A stretch of DNA of 64,000 nucleotides, from positions 23,374 to 87,373 of the forward strand of contig JASGCL010000002.1 in assembly GCA_030054115.1 (NCBI GenBank). The letters are read 5' to 3'. The translations under genes and the position numbers were made by a program. The notes under the pieces are model-generated. The model was not told where the DNA came from. It worked only from the letters and a program-made list of their open reading frames with translations, and searched no databases. Source of the stretch: Hydrotalea sp. GTDB lineage: Bacteria > Pseudomonadota > Alphaproteobacteria > JASGCL01. Positions 48,026-58,056 of the stretch are shown one piece after another. How positions within the stretch are numbered: position 1 is the first letter of the stretch; each line of letters starts with the position of its first letter.

Positions 48026-49519
48026 TTAATAGCTAATCCAAACGGTTTTCAACGCGGTGTATTTGTCAAAACTATGCAATGACAAATCGCGGCCAAACCC
48101 CGATTGCTTAAACCCGCCGAACGGCATGGTGAAACCACCGGCGTCGACGTTGTTCACCGACACGGTGCCAACCTGCAACGCATCGGCCAAACGATGGGCG
48201 CGCGACAGGTTGTTGGTCCAAACACTGCCGGCCAAGCCATAGATAGAATCATTGGCCAGGGCGACGGCTTGCTCGTCGTTATCGAAGCCAATCACCGACA
48301 ACACCGGGCCAAAAATTTCTTCTTGGGCGATTTTCATGTCGTTTTTGACATTGTCGAAAATGGTGGGTTCGATGAAGAAACCCTTGCCGTCGATTTTTAC
48401 CGCATTGCCGCCCATCACCAGCTTGGCCGATTGTTTGCCGCTGTCGATGTAGCTTAAAATACGTTTATGTTGGTTGTCGTCCAATATGGCCCCCATCATC
48501 GATGTTGGGTCCAGCGGGTCCTTCGGCATGTAATTTTTCTTGCCGCGCTCGCTCAACATGGCGACAAATTTGTCTTTCACTTTGTTTTCGACAAATAACC
48601 GCGAATTGGCCGAGCAGACCTCGCCCTGGTTATACCAAATACCACGCGCCGCGTTATCGGCCGCGGCCTCCAAATCGGCATCGGCGAAAATCAGGTTCGG
48701 GCTTTTGCCACCGCATTCCAACCACACGGCCTTCATGTTTGATTGGCCGGCATATTCAAGGAAATACTTGCCAACCTCGGTCGAGCCAGTAAAGGCCGCG
48801 ACGTTAATATCCATATGCAGGCCGATAGCCTTGCCACAGGTATGACCAAAACCGGTCACGACGTTCAGCACGCCATCGGGCAGGCCGGCTTCAGACGCCA
48901 ATTTGGCGGCCAATAAAACCGACAGGGGCGATTGTTCGGCCGGTTTCAACACCACCGAATTACCGGCGGCCAGGGCCGGGGCTAATTTCCACACCGCCAT
49001 TTGCAGGGGGAAATTCCACGGCACGACGGCACCGACCACGCCGACGGCCTCGCGCCGAATCATGGCGATGGCGTTGGGCGCGGGGGTGGGGGTTATTTCG
49101 TCGTAGATTTTATCAACCGCCTCAGCATACCAACGGATGGTGCCGATGGAAAAGGGAATGTCGTCGTTGTAGGCGTAACTGATGGCCTTACCCATGTTGA
49201 GGGTTTCGATAAGGGCGAATTCGGCATGGTGTTTTTCAATCAAATCAGCCCATTTTAACAAAATGGTTTTGCGGTCGCTGGGCAACATTTTTGACCAAAC
49301 ACCACTTTCAAACGATTTGCGCGCCGCCTTAACCGCGACATCGATGTCCTCTTTATCGCATTCGGCGACCTCGACAATCACTTCCTCGGTGGCGGGGTTG
49401 ATGGTTTTGAATTTTTTACCGCTTAATGAATCAACAAATCGGCCATTGATGAAGGCCTTAGTCTCCAATTTTAACGATTTGGCTTGTTTTTGCCAATCGG
49501 CTTTACTCGGCATTGCCAT
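48026..49519 (-). CDS. NAD(P)-dependent aldehyde dehydrogenase
   Basis: ALDH catalytic motifs 'ECGGKSP' (Cys) and 'GQSCSA'-like 'GEVCSANSR'. Start trimmed to 'MAMPSKADW' with AGGAGA ribosome-binding site 7 nt upstream. Confidence 0.85.
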   Translation of the reverse strand: MAMPSKADWQKQAKSLKLETKAFINGRFVDSLSGKKFKTINPATEEVIVEVAECDKEDIDVAVKAARKSFESGVWSKMLPSDRKTILLKWADLIEKHHAEFALIETLNMGKAISYAYNDDIPFSIGTIRWYAEAVDKIYDEITPTPAPNAIAMIRREAVGVVGAVVPWNFPLQMAVWKLAPALAAGNSVVLKPAEQSPLSVLLAAKLASEAGLPDGVLNVVTGFGHTCGKAIGLHMDINVAAFTGSTEVGKYFLEYAGQSNMKAVWLECGGKSPNLIFADADLEAAADNAARGIWYNQGEVCSANSRLFVENKVKDKFVAMLSERGKKNYMPKDPLDPTSMMGAILDDNQHKRILSYIDSGKQSAKLVMGGNAVKIDGKGFFIEPTIFDNVKNDMKIAQEEIFGPVLSVIGFDNDEQAVALANDSIYGLAGSVWTNNLSRAHRLADALQVGTVSVNNVDAGGFTMPFGGFKQSGFGRDLSLHSFDKYTALKTVWISY

Positions 49520-49624
49520 GGGTTTCTCTCCTAAAAAAATAAATATTGGTTTAATAAAATGGTTGGTTGCCATTTTATGGTAAAAAAATAAAAATCGCAA
49601 GGGATAAAATGATGTTTAAATAGT

Positions 49625-50137
49625 TTGACAATTTGGCGAGAATTTTGCAAGATTCTCGCCATGAGCAAAACAATCGAGAAAACAATTCGCAAAACCTTAA
49701 TTTATTTTTTTGGAATAATTTCGGCAATTTTATTTATAGTAATTTTAATAGGAATAATTGGTTACGCAATACCAAAACAAAATTATTATATTTATGACCA
49801 GAGTTCTAAAATTATAGACGCTTCTACAATGTCTAACCAAATCAGCCTCTTTGGCTTGTTTTTGGTTTTATTTACTATTATATTAACCGCACTAGGCTTT
49901 GTTGGGTTTCAAAATATAAAAGAGGCGGCGCAAGAATCGGCAGAAAAAACCGCAGAAAATTTATTCACCGCTTTTAAAAAAGAAAAGGAAACAGAAGATA
50001 GCCAAAAAAAGAAACTTGAGAATCTTTTGGAGCGGCGGCAAGAACTTCAACGCAGGCTTCACAATCTTCAGCGTGAGCGTGAGAATCTAGGGGCGTTAGC
50101 TGAGAAGACCAATATGGACAAACCAAATAAACCATGA
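49625..50137 (+). CDS. Hypothetical membrane protein with two TM helices and a C-terminal coiled coil
   Basis: AT-rich ORF. TM1 'LIYFFGIISAILFIVILIGIIGYAI', TM2 'LFGLFLVLFTIILTALGFVGF', then 'KKLENLLERRQELQRRLHNLQRERENL'. Confidence 0.5.
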   Translation: MTIWREFCKILAMSKTIEKTIRKTLIYFFGIISAILFIVILIGIIGYAIPKQNYYIYDQSSKIIDASTMSNQISLFGLFLVLFTIILTALGFVGFQNIKEAAQESAEKTAENLFTAFKKEKETEDSQKKKLENLLERRQELQRRLHNLQRERENLGALAEKTNMDKPNKP

Positions 50138-50148
50138 TAGGGTAAAAA

Positions 50149-50709
50149 ATGTCGATAGAAAATTCCTCCACCGTTTATGAACGATGGCTTGTCGTAAAAG
50201 AAATTAGAGACAGGCCAACCAGCCTCCCTGTGCCCGTTGAAGAGATGGCGCAAGCTTTGGGGGTGGGTATTAGTTACGAGTCATTTCAAGGTGATGAAGA
50301 GCTTATTTCCGGTTTAATAAAAAAAGATGGTGAAAATAAATATATAATTGTTGTTAACAAATCTCACCCTGAGGTTAGACAACGATTTACGATTGCCCAT
50401 GAGATAGCCCATTTTGTTTTACACAAAGATAAAATTGGCGATGGCATCATTGACCATATTATGTATCGGGGCTCGCTATCGAATCAAGACGAGGTCGCCG
50501 CCAATCAAATGGCCGCTGATATTTTAATGCCTTATGATAAAATTATTACAGTAATTAAAGACATGAAAGAAGAAATAGAAGTATCTGCTTTAGCAAGGAA
50601 ATTTAATGTCTCCGCTTTAGCGATGGCTATCCGATTAGATAAAGACGAAAAATACTATCAAGATTATCACGATGAAAACTGGCTCAATGATTTGAGACAG
50701 CCTAAATAG
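50149..50709 (+). CDS. ImmA/IrrE-family metallopeptidase (DUF955)
   Basis: HEXXH zinc motif in 'FTIAHEIAHFVLH'. 186 aa. AT-rich. 12 bp downstream of the membrane protein. Confidence 0.7.
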   Translation: MSIENSSTVYERWLVVKEIRDRPTSLPVPVEEMAQALGVGISYESFQGDEELISGLIKKDGENKYIIVVNKSHPEVRQRFTIAHEIAHFVLHKDKIGDGIIDHIMYRGSLSNQDEVAANQMAADILMPYDKIITVIKDMKEEIEVSALARKFNVSALAMAIRLDKDEKYYQDYHDENWLNDLRQPK

Positions 50710-50894
50710 CTTATTGTTTAACAAAATACTTTATTGACGGCTAATGGCAATAAGCCAAGGCACTCGCGGTGCTTAAAAATTCTTCATATAATAATGCTGG
50801 CAATAAAATTGCAAAAGCCATAAGTTGCTACTTCTAAGCACAAAAAATAAAAAATATAAAAAACAATAAACAATAAACAATAAATAGCAATAAC

Positions 50895-52265
50895 ATGGCA
50901 AGAAAATCGATATTTGTGGTGATAATGGCCGGCGGGCGCGGCACGCGGATGCGCGCCACCCTGCCGAAAATTTTGCACTCACTGGGTGGTTTACCACTGG
51001 GGGCGCATGTTACGCGCCTGGCCGAAAACCTCGCGCCGGCCGATATTTTATGCTTGATTCCGCCATTTGCGGGCGAGGAAAAAGACGATGGGTTAAAAAA
51101 CCTGTTCTACCCGCATCGCCTGTTGGTGCAGGGCCAACCATTGGGCACTGGCCATGCCGCCAAATTGGCCGCGCAGGAATTTGAAAAAAAAGCCATGCCC
51201 GACAATGCGGTGGTGTTGTTTTTATGCGGCGACAGCCCATTGTTTGAACAAAGCACCATCGAACAATTGGTGGATAGTTTGGATGGCGAGGCGGGGCGAC
51301 ATGACCTTGCCCTATTGGCCTTTCAATCGGGTAAGGATTACAATTATGGCCGATTGCAGATTAAAAATAACCAGGTGATGAGCATCGTCGAGGCCAAAGA
51401 TGCCAGCGCGGAGGATAAAAAAATTAACATTTTTAATTCGGGCGTGATGGCGGTGCGGTGGCATTTGGGCAGGGAAACCCTGCTCGACCATTTAGAAAAA
51501 ATCACCGACGATAACCGCGCCGGCGAATATTACCTCACCGATTTGGTTAAGATGGTGAGCAATGCTGGTTTAAAAACCACCTATTGCCTAACGGGTGAGG
51601 ATGAATGTTTGGGGGTTAATAGCCAGGCCGACCTGGCCCAGGCGGAAAAAACATTGCAAAATAAATGGCGCGAACAATTTATGTCGCAGGGGGTCACCAT
51701 GCCCGACCCAGCCTCCGTTTTTTTTAGCCACGACACGGCGATTGAACCCGATGTCACCATCGAACCATTTGTCGTGATAAAAAATGGCGTCAATATCGAA
51801 CGCGGCGCGGTTATAAAATCATTCAGTCACCTGGCCGAGGCCACCATCGGCAAGAACGCGGTGGTTGGCCCCTACGCGCGGCTTCGCCCGGGGGCAAAAA
51901 TTTTGGCCGAGGCGCATGTTGGCAATTTTGTCGAAATCAAAAACGCGACTTTAGGTTATGGGGCCAAGGCCAACCATTTGACATATCTTGGCGATAGCGA
52001 GGTTGGCGATGGGGTGAATATCGGCGCCGGCACCATCACCTGCAATTACGATGGACAAAAGAAATCAAAAACCATCATCGGCAAAAATGCCTTTATCGGC
52101 AGTAACAGCTCGCTGGTCGCGCCGGTAAAAATTGGCGAGGGGGCGGTGGTCGCCGCCGGCAGTGTGATAACCGAAGATGTGGCGCGGGACGCGCTGGCCA
52201 TTACCCGTGGGCAACAGATGGCGGTGGCGGGCTATCGGCAAAAAAAATGGCAAAACAAGAAATAA
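50895..52265 (+). CDS. glmU: Bifunctional UDP-N-acetylglucosamine pyrophosphorylase / glucosamine-1-phosphate N-acetyltransferase
   Basis: 'VVIMAGGRGTRM' N-terminal NTP-transferase motif, C-terminal hexapeptide repeats. 456 aa. Confidence 0.9.
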   Translation: MARKSIFVVIMAGGRGTRMRATLPKILHSLGGLPLGAHVTRLAENLAPADILCLIPPFAGEEKDDGLKNLFYPHRLLVQGQPLGTGHAAKLAAQEFEKKAMPDNAVVLFLCGDSPLFEQSTIEQLVDSLDGEAGRHDLALLAFQSGKDYNYGRLQIKNNQVMSIVEAKDASAEDKKINIFNSGVMAVRWHLGRETLLDHLEKITDDNRAGEYYLTDLVKMVSNAGLKTTYCLTGEDECLGVNSQADLAQAEKTLQNKWREQFMSQGVTMPDPASVFFSHDTAIEPDVTIEPFVVIKNGVNIERGAVIKSFSHLAEATIGKNAVVGPYARLRPGAKILAEAHVGNFVEIKNATLGYGAKANHLTYLGDSEVGDGVNIGAGTITCNYDGQKKSKTIIGKNAFIGSNSSLVAPVKIGEGAVVAAGSVITEDVARDALAITRGQQMAVAGYRQKKWQNKK

Positions 52266-52290
52266 TTAAAAGGCGCGTGGGTTTATTATT

Positions 52291-54141
52291 ATGTGTGGTA
52301 TTATCGGCATTTTAGGATCGAATCAAGCATCGGTGGCGCAAGATATTTTGGATGGGTTAAAAAGATTAGAATATCGTGGTTATGATTCGGCGGGCATGGC
52401 GATGCTGAACGATAATCAATTTTCGCGCCTGCGCGCCACCGGCAAGTTGGAAAACCTTATCAAGCAATTCGACAAACACCCCCTGACCGGCACGATGGGA
52501 ATTGGCCACACCCGTTGGGCAACCCACGGCGGGGCGAAGGAAGAAAATGCCCACCCCCATGTCAGCAATAAAGTTGCCTTGGTGCATAACGGCATTATCG
52601 AAAATTACCAAGAATTAAAAAATGGCCTGGCGAAAAAATACCAACAACAATTTTCGTCCGAAACCGATACCGAGGTGTTGGTTTATCTGTTGACCAGTTT
52701 TCTTGACGACGGCCTGGCGCCCGAGGAAGCGGTGAAAAAAATGTTGCCGTTGCTTCGCGGTGCATTTGCTTTTGTCGCCATGTTCAACGACCATGATGAT
52801 ATTATCATCGGCGCGCGCCGTGGTAGCCCGCTGGCGATTGGTTACGGCAAGGACGATAGCGAAATGTTTTTGGGGTCGGACGCCCTAAGTTTATCGCACC
52901 TGACCGACCAGGTTAGTTTTTTGGAAGAGGGCGATTGGGTCGTGCTGTCAAAAACCACGGCGGTGGTTTTTGATAAAAATAATCAGGTGGTGAAACGCGC
53001 CATCCATCAATCGCTGGCCGATGCGACATTGGTCAGCAAGGGCAATTACGAACATTTCATGTTGAAAGAAATTTATGAACAACCGACCGTGATGGGCATA
53101 TTGTTGCAAGAAATGATAAACCGCGAAACCCTGGCCATTACCCTGCCGCCAATAAATTTGCCATTAAAGGATATTCAGCAGGTGCAGATGGCGGCCTGCG
53201 GCACGGCCTTTTACGCCGGCTTGACAGCGCGGTCATGGTGCGAGGAATTGGCCGGCATCCCCTTTCAATGCGATGTTGCCTCCGAAATTCGCTACCGCAA
53301 GCCGCCATTTTTGCCGCATAATTTGGGGCTGGTGATTAGCCAATCGGGCGAGACGATGGATAGTTTGGAGGCCTTGCGATTTTTTCACGAACGGCATTTG
53401 CCGACATTGGCGATTATCAATGTGTTGCAAAGCACCATCGCGCGCGAGGCCACCGCCACGATATTCACCCACGCCGGCCCGGAAATTGGCGTCGCCAGCA
53501 CCAAGGCGTTCACCACGCAATTATTGACCCTGTTGTTTTTTGTGCTTCACCTGGCAAAGGAAAAAAATAAACATTTTGATAAATCCATCGAACAAAATAT
53601 TGTCGAGCATCTCCTCCATTTGCCATTCATCATGAACAAGGAATTGCAAAACCACGAGGCCGCCAAACAAATTGCCGCCGAATTAAAAAATGCGCGGTCG
53701 GTGCTTTATTTGGGGCGCGGTCGTTGTTATCCCTTGGCGTTGGAGGGGGCGTTAAAATTGAAAGAAATCTCCTATATCCATGCCGAGGGTTACGCCGCCG
53801 GCGAAATGAAACATGGGCCGATAGCCCTTATCGAGGCAGGCATGCCAATTATCGCCATTATCCCGAGCGATGAATTGTTTGAAAAAAACTTGAGCAACGT
53901 GCAGGAGGTGGTGGCGCGCGGCGGCGTGATATTTGCCCTGACCGATGAGAAAGGCGAAAGGGAATTAAAAAAACGCCAGCTGGCGGTTAAGGGGTTCTTC
54001 ACCGTGCCCGACCACGATGTATTGTTGTCGCCGCTGGTTTTTTCCTTGCCGATACAATTAATAGCCTATTATACCGCGTTGTTGCGCGGGCAAGATGTCG
54101 ATAAGCCAAGAAACCTTGCCAAATCGGTTACGGTGGAGTAG
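52291..54141 (+). CDS. glmS: Glutamine--fructose-6-phosphate aminotransferase
   Basis: 'MCGIIGILG' Ntn-amidotransferase N-terminus, two SIS domains, C-terminal '...KSVTVE'. 616 aa. Confidence 0.95.
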   Translation: MCGIIGILGSNQASVAQDILDGLKRLEYRGYDSAGMAMLNDNQFSRLRATGKLENLIKQFDKHPLTGTMGIGHTRWATHGGAKEENAHPHVSNKVALVHNGIIENYQELKNGLAKKYQQQFSSETDTEVLVYLLTSFLDDGLAPEEAVKKMLPLLRGAFAFVAMFNDHDDIIIGARRGSPLAIGYGKDDSEMFLGSDALSLSHLTDQVSFLEEGDWVVLSKTTAVVFDKNNQVVKRAIHQSLADATLVSKGNYEHFMLKEIYEQPTVMGILLQEMINRETLAITLPPINLPLKDIQQVQMAACGTAFYAGLTARSWCEELAGIPFQCDVASEIRYRKPPFLPHNLGLVISQSGETMDSLEALRFFHERHLPTLAIINVLQSTIAREATATIFTHAGPEIGVASTKAFTTQLLTLLFFVLHLAKEKNKHFDKSIEQNIVEHLLHLPFIMNKELQNHEAAKQIAAELKNARSVLYLGRGRCYPLALEGALKLKEISYIHAEGYAAGEMKHGPIALIEAGMPIIAIIPSDELFEKNLSNVQEVVARGGVIFALTDEKGERELKKRQLAVKGFFTVPDHDVLLSPLVFSLPIQLIAYYTALLRGQDVDKPRNLAKSVTVE

Positions 54142-54150
54142 GCAATTTTT

Positions 54151-54852
54151 ATGATGCGTTATTTGCAAAAATTGTTTGGCAGTCATGGCAAGGCGCGCTT
54201 TGGTCGCCGCCATGGCCTGACCGGGCTGATGGCCATGATGCTGTTGGCGATGCAGGCTGGTCCGGCGCGGGCCGAATGGTTGTTGCAGGGCGGGGCCGAA
54301 ATCTACAGCCCCTTTGCCACCACCATCACGGTCGGCGACAAACAGGCCAAATTGACCAATAATAAAGCCGGTGGTTTTTTTGGCGCGCTCGGTTATCGTT
54401 TCTTAAACGGCCTGCAACTAGATGCCGAATATATTTTCCTCCAACATCGTAGCATCATTGAATCACAAAGCGGCGGCAATATATTTAATAACACCGGCGC
54501 GGGGGATTATTTTTATGTTACCCATGATATCGCCCTGGCCGACGTAGGTTATCGGTTTGGTCGGTCGTCGGGATTTAAGGTTTTGGGGAATTTTGGTATT
54601 TACCTGGGCAGTGGTGCCGGGGTCGAGGTGGTTCGCGGCGCGGTGGCCGGCGGCGATGATTTCGACAATGTCGCCTTTGTTCTGCCCTTTAAATTGGTGG
54701 TGGATTATAAGGTTAATGAAACCTTGGATTTTACCCTCTATGGTCGTTATTACTTGCCGCTCGGCGCGGGCGGCACCGCCGGCGGTGCAACCGCCACCAT
54801 GGTGTCGGCCGGTGGGTTGTCGGTGGGGCTATCTTTGGGTTTAATTTTTTGA
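54151..54852 (+). CDS. Outer-membrane beta-barrel protein (OmpA-like / OmpW-like)
   Basis: Signal peptide-like N-terminus ('LMAMMLLAMQAGPARA'), beta-strand periodicity, C-terminal 'LGLIF'. Confidence 0.55.
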   Translation: MMRYLQKLFGSHGKARFGRRHGLTGLMAMMLLAMQAGPARAEWLLQGGAEIYSPFATTITVGDKQAKLTNNKAGGFFGALGYRFLNGLQLDAEYIFLQHRSIIESQSGGNIFNNTGAGDYFYVTHDIALADVGYRFGRSSGFKVLGNFGIYLGSGAGVEVVRGAVAGGDDFDNVAFVLPFKLVVDYKVNETLDFTLYGRYYLPLGAGGTAGGATATMVSAGGLSVGLSLGLIF

Positions 54853-54867
54853 TAGAGCATTTTTACC

Positions 54868-54941
54868 GCGGGTATGGTTCAGTGGTAGAATGTCAGCTTC
54901 CCATGCTGAAGATGAGGGTTCGATTCCCTCTACCCGCTCCA
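54868..54941 (+). tRNA. tRNA-Gly (anticodon CCC)
   Basis: Cloverleaf. Acceptor gcgggta/tacccgc, anticodon stem tcagc/gctga with loop ttCCCat, T-arm gggttcgattccc, discriminator U plus CCA encoded. Confidence 0.85.
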
Positions 54942-55026
54942 ATATATTGATTAAGGCTTTATTATGGTCGCCGCGCCGCTTTACCTGGCGATGAAAAAAG
55001 GTTAAATCGTTTGTAACACCACCACC

Positions 55027-56298
55027 ATGCACGATATAAAATTCATCCGCGATAACCCCGAACAATTTGATGCCGGCCTGGCGCGGCGCGGCCTGGCGGC
55101 GCAAAGCGCGACCATTTTGGCGATGGACGAAACCTGGCGACGCTTGCAACGCGAGCTGGAGGAACTATTGGCGGCGCGCAATGCTGGCTCGGCCAATATT
55201 GCGGTTTTAAAAAAATCGAACCAACCGACTGACGACGCCATGGCGCAATTGCAATCATTAAAAACAAAAATCCCCGAGCTGGAGGTAGCGGCGGCGGCGC
55301 AAAAAACCAAGTTGGATGAAATGCTCGCCGCCCTGCCCAATTTGCCAGAGGATGCCGTGCCGGCGGGTAAAGACGAACATGACAATGTCGAAATTCGCCG
55401 CCAAGGCGAGGCGCGAAAATTTTCAAGCCCGCCAAAGCCGCACGACCAATTGGGCGAGGATTTGGCGATGATGGATTTCACCACCGCCGCCAATGTGGCC
55501 GGTGCAAGGTTTGTGTTTTTGCGCCAAGATTTGGCGCGGTTGGAACGTGCCCTGGCGCAATTTATGATTGATACCCACTTTACAGAATTTGGTTACGAGG
55601 AAACCTCGCCCCCCCTGTTGGTGAGGTCGAACACCGTTTATGGCACCGGGCAATTGCCAAAATTTGCCGATGATTTGTTCAAAACCACCGATGACCGATG
55701 GCTTATTCCCACCGCCGAGGTGCCCCTGACCGCGCAAATCATGGGTAGGGTTTATCAAGCAGACGAATTGCCCAAACGTTATGTTGCCCTGACCCCGTGT
55801 TTTCGGTCGGAGGCCGGGGCCGCCGGCAAGGACACCAAGGGGATGATTCGCCAACACCAGTTTTGGAAGGTTGAATTGGTCAGCATCACCACCGCTGAAC
55901 AATCGAACGATGAATTGGAACGGATGACGGCCTGCGCCGAGCATATATTGCAAAAGTTGCAATTGCCCTATCGCACCATGTTGTTGTGTTCGGGCGACAT
56001 GGGGTTTGCCGCCAAAAAAACCTATGACATCGAGGTTTTTGTGCCGGCGCAGAATTGTTATCGCGAAATTTCGTCCTGTTCGAACGTGGGCGATTTTCAG
56101 GCGCGCCGCTTGCATGGTAGGTATAAGGATAAGGATGGCACGATGAAATTTGTCCATACGCTCAATGGTTCGGGACTGGCGGTTGGTCGCGCCCTGGTGG
56201 CGGTGATGGAAAATTATCAATCGTCCGATGGTGGTGTTGACGTGCCCGCGGTGTTGCAACCCTACATGGCGGGCATGGCAAAGATAATAAAAAAATAA
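55027..56298 (+). CDS. serS: Seryl-tRNA synthetase
   Basis: N-terminal coiled-coil arm, class II motifs ('FRSEAGAAGKDTKGMIRQHQF', 'GSGLAVGR'). 423 aa. Confidence 0.9.
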   Translation: MHDIKFIRDNPEQFDAGLARRGLAAQSATILAMDETWRRLQRELEELLAARNAGSANIAVLKKSNQPTDDAMAQLQSLKTKIPELEVAAAAQKTKLDEMLAALPNLPEDAVPAGKDEHDNVEIRRQGEARKFSSPPKPHDQLGEDLAMMDFTTAANVAGARFVFLRQDLARLERALAQFMIDTHFTEFGYEETSPPLLVRSNTVYGTGQLPKFADDLFKTTDDRWLIPTAEVPLTAQIMGRVYQADELPKRYVALTPCFRSEAGAAGKDTKGMIRQHQFWKVELVSITTAEQSNDELERMTACAEHILQKLQLPYRTMLLCSGDMGFAAKKTYDIEVFVPAQNCYREISSCSNVGDFQARRLHGRYKDKDGTMKFVHTLNGSGLAVGRALVAVMENYQSSDGGVDVPAVLQPYMAGMAKIIKK

Positions 56299-56309
56299 GG
56301 AGATTTACA

Positions 56310-57272
56310 ATGAGCATCGTAATAGGAAAAAACACCATCGCAAAAAAATATCTTTTGCTGTTGCCAATAATGTTGTCGCTGTGGGGGTGTGAATCCTTGC
56401 CGTTTCGCTGGGGCGAGGAAGTTGGTGTTAAGGATTTGGTTGTTAAAGGCGGCGGCGGTAGCAAGCCGCAAAAACTCATCCTTGCCGGTGATAACCCGGC
56501 CAGCCTTAAGCCAACCAATAACGGGCTGAGCAACCCGACCAATAATGTTGCCATCAATAATGCCAATAATAATACCGCCAGCGCACCACAAATGGTGACG
56601 AAGAAAACCCCTTATAAGGTGGTGAAGGGCGATACGATTTATTCCTTGGCGCGGCAAAACAACATGACGCCGGCCGAGTTTGCAAAGGATAATGGTTTAA
56701 AAATTACCGACCAATTGAAGATAGGGCAAAATATCACGATTAGTAAAAAAGTCGCGAGCAACGCGGCGGGCAATGCAATTGGCAATAGCGACGGCATGAC
56801 ACCGCCGCGCGCGCAAATGGCGGTAACCGAAACACCGATAGCCAGTTCAAATGCAACCACCAATGACAAGGCCAATAGCAGTGGGCAACCGCAAGCCCTG
56901 GCTTGGCCGTTGCAACAATCGAATATCTTGCAAAAATTTGGCGAGGGCACAAGCCAAGATGGGCTTATTTTGGCCGGGTCGATGGGGCAAAATGTTGCGG
57001 CGGTCAGCGGTGGCACGGTGATTTATGTCGGCACCGATATAAAACCGCTTGGTCTGTTGGTGTTGGTGAAGCATGATAATGGGTTGGTATCGACCTATGG
57101 CTATTTGCAAAAATCGTTGGTGAAAAAGGGCGATGCGGTAAAACGCGGACAAATCATTGCCACGGTCGGTCGGTCGGGCCTGGCGCAACGCCCACAATTG
57201 TATTTTGAAATTAGAAAAAATAACCAGCCGTCGAACCCGTTGAATTTTTTGCCGGCGCGCGCCAGCAATTAA
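56310..57272 (+). CDS. LysM-domain M23 peptidase (NlpD-like murein hydrolase activator)
   Basis: Lipobox-like 'LSLWGC', LysM 'YKVVKGDTIYSLARQNNM', C-terminal M23 ('GLLVLVKHDNGLVSTYGYL'). Confidence 0.8.
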   Translation: MSIVIGKNTIAKKYLLLLPIMLSLWGCESLPFRWGEEVGVKDLVVKGGGGSKPQKLILAGDNPASLKPTNNGLSNPTNNVAINNANNNTASAPQMVTKKTPYKVVKGDTIYSLARQNNMTPAEFAKDNGLKITDQLKIGQNITISKKVASNAAGNAIGNSDGMTPPRAQMAVTETPIASSNATTNDKANSSGQPQALAWPLQQSNILQKFGEGTSQDGLILAGSMGQNVAAVSGGTVIYVGTDIKPLGLLVLVKHDNGLVSTYGYLQKSLVKKGDAVKRGQIIATVGRSGLAQRPQLYFEIRKNNQPSNPLNFLPARASN

Positions 57273-57399
57273 GCAAACCACCGAAACAATTTTTTGACTA
57301 TTTTTGTTAATTGGGCAGGGTGATTTTTTGTTATCAATCTTACCAATGGGGGTGCGAATCATGTTGATAACGAACCCCCAGCATTATTCGTGAAAATTT

Positions 57400-57993
57400 A
57401 TGACCGCAGATAGACAAAACTACCAAGAATATTTATCGCTCGTCGAATCGCTCCGCCCATTTTATGTTTTTGCCTTTGGGTCGTTGATTTGGGCACCCGA
57501 TTTTAATTGCGAAAAAAAAATGCGCGCCCGTGTCGAGGGGTTTCACCGCCGGTTTGGCATGTGGTCGGTGCATTACCGCGGCACGATTGAAAAACCCGGG
57601 TTGGTGGTGGGGTTGGACCATGGCGGCCACACGGTGGGGGCATGCCTGCAGGTGGCGGAGGCAGACCGCGACGCCGTGGCAAAAAAACTATGGGAGCGGG
57701 AAATGATTTCGGCGGCCTACACCCCCTGCGCCCTGCCGGTGCTTATCGAGGGCGAGAATAAAGTGGTGCAGGCCTTGGCCTTCACCCTTGACGCGGCGCA
57801 CAAACAATATGTGCACCGCGAAATGCCATTATCCGAGCAGGCAAAAATTATCGCCACCTCCGCCGGTGCAAACGGCACAAACCGCGATTATTTTTTCAAC
57901 ATGATAAAATCCTTGGAGGAAATGAACATTATCGATGAACAGATGGAAGCGTTGAAAAAAGAATTTGAGAAGCTAACCGGCGGCAAAGGATAA
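57400..57993 (+). CDS. Gamma-glutamylcyclotransferase, ChaC-like
   Basis: 'YVFAFGSLIWAPDF' N-terminal motif typical of ChaC/GGCT. 197 aa. Confidence 0.65.
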   Translation: MTADRQNYQEYLSLVESLRPFYVFAFGSLIWAPDFNCEKKMRARVEGFHRRFGMWSVHYRGTIEKPGLVVGLDHGGHTVGACLQVAEADRDAVAKKLWEREMISAAYTPCALPVLIEGENKVVQALAFTLDAAHKQYVHREMPLSEQAKIIATSAGANGTNRDYFFNMIKSLEEMNIIDEQMEALKKEFEKLTGGKG

Positions 57994-58021
57994 TCGCTTT
58001 TTTATAGAAAACCAGCGAGGC

Positions 58022-58050
58022 TTGACAAATAAAGGGGACAGGCTTATATT
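58022..58050 (+). promoter_or_regulatory. Consensus sigma70-type promoter (TTGACA-17-TATATT)
   Basis: cTTGACAaataaaggggacaggctTATATT read directly. Exact 17-bp spacer. Confidence 0.5.
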
Positions 58051-58056
58051 AAAGAT

